Shown in pieces: positions 60,744 through 64,000 of a stretch of 64,000 nucleotides of DNA (its first letter is position 1; each line of letters starts with the position of its first letter). The notes beneath the pieces were generated by a model, which saw only the letters and a program-made list of their open reading frames with translations, was not told the origin of the DNA and did no database searches. This DNA comes from an uncultured Pseudomonadota bacterium (GTDB lineage Bacteria > Myxococcota_A > Polyangia > Fen-1088). The stretch is taken from contig CAWKBC010000027.1 of assembly GCA_963847705.1 (NCBI GenBank), positions 192,001 through 256,000 of the forward strand, given 5' to 3'. The position numbers were made by a program, and so were the translations under genes.

Positions 60744-63700
60744 CGCGGCTTCCGCCTGGGGGGAGGATCTCGGGGCGCGAACGCCGCGAAGTAGGGGCCG
60801 AAGCGCCGGGTGACCATCTCGACGGCTTCGGCTTCGGGCGGCACGGGGTAGTCGCGCGGGTCGGGGATGGGCCCGTGATCGGAGGCGAAGCGGGTCCAGT
60901 TGTCGTCGCGCAGGACCAGGATCGACTGGCGCACCCCGACCGTCTCGCCTTTGTCGGAGTGGTCCTTCCAGTAAAAGACCCCCTCGCAGGGGAGAAAATA
61001 GGCGTGCACCTCGCGCAGCAGCTCGGAGGCCAGCCCGCCCAGGTAAACGCGGGCCGCCTCCCCCGTGGTGGGCAGGAAGAGGCGCTCCTCGACGGACGGC
61101 GTCCCGTCTTTCTCCGGCCTGATGACGACGGCGCGCGTCGGTGGTGACGCGCCGTCGTCTCTCAGCGCCGCCAGCGCGAGGTGGGTGAGGAAGGGGCCCA
61201 GCAGATCCCGTTCCAGCTTGTCCTGGCTGGTCGAGCTGGCCAGCGCGAGCACGATGCGCGATTCGTCGGCCGCCCGCGCCTGGAGCTCGGTGCGCCCCCC
61301 GATGGCGACCGTGGCACCCTCCGCGAGCGGGACCACCAGGGCCGGGCCAATCAGCACGTCGCGGCGGTGCTCGGGCGCGGCGCCCAGCCAGAGCGGCGCC
61401 GGCGCGGTCACGAGGCCCCCGGTCGCTTGCAGGAATCCGTCGCGCCAGCAGCGGAGGAGACCCAGGTGACGCTCGCGCAGCGCGCGGCCGAAGAGGCCGT
61501 CGGGGAGCTTCCCTGCGAGCGTCTCGAGGGTGGCGGCCCGGTCGTACGCTTCGACCAGCTGCTGATCGTTGTCTCGGTCCTGGCCGCCCTGAGCGGACTC
61601 GGCCAGGAGACCCGTGAGCACGTTGCGCAGAAACGGGATCGTCGAGGCGCGCGCCTCGTCGAGCGGCTCGTGCTCGCGGAGCGCCGCTTCGGCGTCGGCC
61701 ATGGCGTCGGCTTCATCGCCGACCGGCAGGAGCACGCGCGCGGAGGCCTGCAGCGGGCACTCCAGGAAGCGGCGCAGATCGAAGAGCGTCAGCCCGCGGC
61801 GGGCGCGCGTCGCGGCGAGCGCCGGCGGGGGCGCGACCCAGTCGAGCTCGGCGGCCACGCTGGCCCAGGCGTCGGGGCCGAGCGCGCCGCGCAGCTCGCT
61901 GAGCGCCGGGAGCTGGCGCACGCCGCCGCCGGCCCGGCGCAGCGAGGCGCCGAGCGCCGCCGCCCGCCGCTCGCGCGCGGCGGCGGGGATCACCGCGCAG
62001 GCCGCTGGGTCCTCGTGCCGCGCCAGAGGCGGCCGCGCCCGCAAGATCTCGAACGGCGCTCCCGCCGGCGGCGATTTCGAGGCGTCCTCTCGGGCGCGGT
62101 CGGGCTCGGCCAGAGCAAACAGCGCCTCGACGACGGACGACGGGGCGCGCGGCTCGCCGGTGACCGCGTCGCGGGCCACGTACGAAAGGGTGATCCGCTC
62201 GCGCGCCGCCAGCAACGTCTCCAGGAACATGTGCTGGTCCTGCTCGCGCGGGGTGACGTCGCCGGCGCGCGGCGCGAAGGAACGAAGATCGAGCGCCCGT
62301 GTCTCGACAGGTGTGGGAAAGACCCGCTCGTCGAGACCGGCGACGAAGATCATCCGGAACGGCAGCGCGCGCATCGGGACGAACGAGGCGACGGTGACCC
62401 CCTCGGGCGAGCGGTGCCGCCGCGGCGTCCCCCCGAGGCGCGCCTTCACCAGCTCGGCGGCGACGCGGAAGCTGACCGGCAGCTCGGCGGGCAGGAACGC
62501 CGCGATGTCGACGAGCGCGCGGAGCGCGTCGCCCAGCGCCGCCTCCTCGTCGCCGGGCTCGGGGAAGATCGTCTGGGCGATGGTGCGCCGCAGGAGCGCC
62601 GCGTGGGTCTCGAAGGGCGCCGGAGCGCCGCGCGCCGCGTCCGCGAAGGCGATCAGCTCCCGGGCGATGATCCCCAGCGCGCGGGCGGCCGGCTCCAGGC
62701 CGGGGGGCAGATCGAACGGCAGCACCGCCTCACCGTCGAGGACGAAGGCGCGCTCCTCGCCGCTCCGCGGCCCGGACAGAAACGCGCCCAGCGCCAGCCG
62801 CCGCAGCCCCTGCTCCCAGCTGGTCCGATCGCGCGTCAGGTAGCTCGCGGCCTGATCGGAGCGGTCGGCGCCGCGGACGATCTCCAGCGCCTCGCACAGC
62901 GCCAGCCAGTCCTCGGGATCGACCTCGGGGAAGCGGCGCGCGACGGCGGGGTGCATCGCCACGCGCAGCAGATCCGGCCGCCCCAGAGAGCCGAGCGGCA
63001 GCTCCAGCAGGAGCCCGACCACGTCGAGGATCCGCCGCTCGGCGGGGCGGGGGAGATCGACGATCGTGTGCGGCAGGCGGGACGCCGCCTCGAACACCGC
63101 CTGCGCGAGCGGCAGGTAGACCGGCGCGCTGGCGGCCGGCACGATGACCGCGAAGTCGGCGAAGGTCAGGGTCTCGTCGGCCCGGATGCGCGACCAGATC
63201 TCGGCGGCGATCGTCTCCAGCTCCCGGCGCGGATCGGCCGCGGGGACGACGGTCAGGCTGTCGTCGTCGGGGCGCGCGGTCCGCGGAGAGACCGACCGGC
63301 GCTCGAGCACCGCCGCTTGAAACGCCGCCAGCCGCGGCGCGCGCGCGCCTGAGGGCGGGGCCACGAAGCGCGCGTCGACCTCGCCGCCGGCCAGGCGCGT
63401 GAGCAGCTGCACGTTGTCGCGCCCCGGACGCGCCCAGGCATCCAGCGGTGACTCGTCCGGCCCCGCCGTCGCCTCCGCCTCGCCCGCGGTGACGCCGTTG
63501 GGGCTGAGGGTGTAGACGTGCAGCTCGGTCGCGCGCGCCAGCGTCTCGAAGATCGAGCCGTAAAGGCGGGCGACGTACGAGATCCCGAACAGGTGCACCG
63601 CAGGCGGCGGTCGAAGCTCTTCGGCCGGCGTCCGGGCGAAGAACTCGGGCAGGGTCACCATCCCCTTGGCGGCAAAGAGGCCCCGCGGACCGTGCAGGGC

Positions 63701-64000
63701 CAGCCAGAGCGCGCTTTGCCAGCGCTGCAAGGCCTGGTCGGCCTCGGGGACCAGCGCCCCCTCCCGCCAGGCGGCCAGCATTTCGGGGCGCGAGAACGCG
63801 TACTCGTCGAACAGCGCCGCCAGCTCGGCGGCCAGCTGGACCCGCTTGCGATCGCGCGCGTCCCCGTCGGAGCTGTGCAGATAGTCACGCACCGGGCCCA
63901 GCTCGGGCCCATTCAACCATGCAAAATCATGGAACAAGCCCAGCAACGCCCCCTCGATGAGATCGCGGTCGACGATGGTGGCGTCGGGCGCGCTCTGCGC
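60740..64000 (-). CDS. recC: Exodeoxyribonuclease V gamma subunit; 5' end beyond the window
   Basis: LFDEY...RPE, RELE, W..GLRRL.LG, PMRALPF, FLETLLAARE, L.RFLECP; frame open to 64000. Confidence 0.92.
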   Translation of the reverse strand, partial: AQSAPDATIVDRDLIEGALLGLFHDFAWLNGPELGPVRDYLHSSDGDARDRKRVQLAAELAALFDEYAFSRPEMLAAWREGALVPEADQALQRWQSALWLALHGPRGLFAAKGMVTLPEFFARTPAEELRPPPAVHLFGISYVARLYGSIFETLARATELHVYTLSPNGVTAGEAEATAGPDESPLDAWARPGRDNVQLLTRLAGGEVDARFVAPPSGARAPRLAAFQAAVLERRSVSPRTARPDDDSLTVVPAADPRRELETIAAEIWSRIRADETLTFADFAVIVPAASAPVYLPLAQAVFEAASRLPHTIVDLPRPAERRILDVVGLLLELPLGSLGRPDLLRVAMHPAVARRFPEVDPEDWLALCEALEIVRGADRSDQAASYLTRDRTSWEQGLRRLALGAFLSGPRSGEERAFVLDGEAVLPFDLPPGLEPAARALGIIARELIAFADAARGAPAPFETHAALLRRTIAQTIFPEPGDEEAALGDALRALVDIAAFLPAELPVSFRVAAELVKARLGGTPRRHRSPEGVTVASFVPMRALPFRMIFVAGLDERVFPTPVETRALDLRSFAPRAGDVTPREQDQHMFLETLLAARERITLSYVARDAVTGEPRAPSSVVEALFALAEPDRAREDASKSPPAGAPFEILRARPPLARHEDPAACAVIPAAARERRAAALGASLRRAGGGVRQLPALSELRGALGPDAWASVAAELDWVAPPPALAATRARRGLTLFDLRRFLECPLQASARVLLPVGDEADAMADAEAALREHEPLDEARASTIPFLRNVLTGLLAESAQGGQDRDNDQQLVEAYDRAATLETLAGKLPDGLFGRALRERHLGLLRCWRDGFLQATGGLVTAPAPLWLGAAPEHRRDVLIGPALVVPLAEGATVAIGGRTELQARAADESRIVLALASSTSQDKLERDLLGPFLTHLALAALRDDGASPPTRAVVIRPEKDGTPSVEERLFLPTTGEAARVYLGGLASELLREVHAYFLPCEGVFYWKDHSDKGETVGVRQSILVLRDDNWTRFASDHGPIPDPRDYPVPPEAEAVEMVTRRFGPYFAAFAPRDPPPRRKPR

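Noticed and set aside
55288-64000. recCBD as a novel helicase-nuclease defence system
   Set aside because: Canonical motifs and gene order for RecBCD; nothing unusual fused.

Overview
Very GC-rich (roughly 70% by eye) bacterial chromosomal segment. Gene content points to a myxobacterium, probably Polyangia-like (inference): many low-complexity lipoproteins, a Ser/Thr kinase-ATPase-TPR protein, a sigma54 activator and a GH6 cellulase. Most long overlapping ORFs in the track are antisense shadows caused by GC3 codon bias. Left to right: c-type cytochrome lipoproteins with RegBA; aroD, SOD, LysR-leuA; an NGLSA-repeat lipoprotein and a kinase-STAND protein; a mycobacterial Sdh1-type succinate dehydrogenase; GH6; a PagL-like barrel; a complete IS630 element; ECF sigma/NrsF; desaturase, SDR and cfa; hicAB; tRNA-Thr(CGT); a GT-C glycosyltransferase; a MASE1 hybrid kinase; a Flp pilin; a hollowed-out glucosidase pseudogene; leuS; a decayed integron with one GNAT cassette; a sigma54 two-component system; and recC-recB-recD. 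The best candidate for an undescribed system is the four-gene operon at 51034-55203: VTC/CYTH polyphosphate-polymerase-like protein, thymidylate-kinase-fold protein fused to Trp-periodic helical repeats, DUF4956/MgtC-like membrane protein and lipoprotein. It has a sigma54-type promoter and faces a histidine kinase plus NtrC-type activator that carries its own sigma54-type promoter. All calls come from motif recognition by eye; no searches were run.
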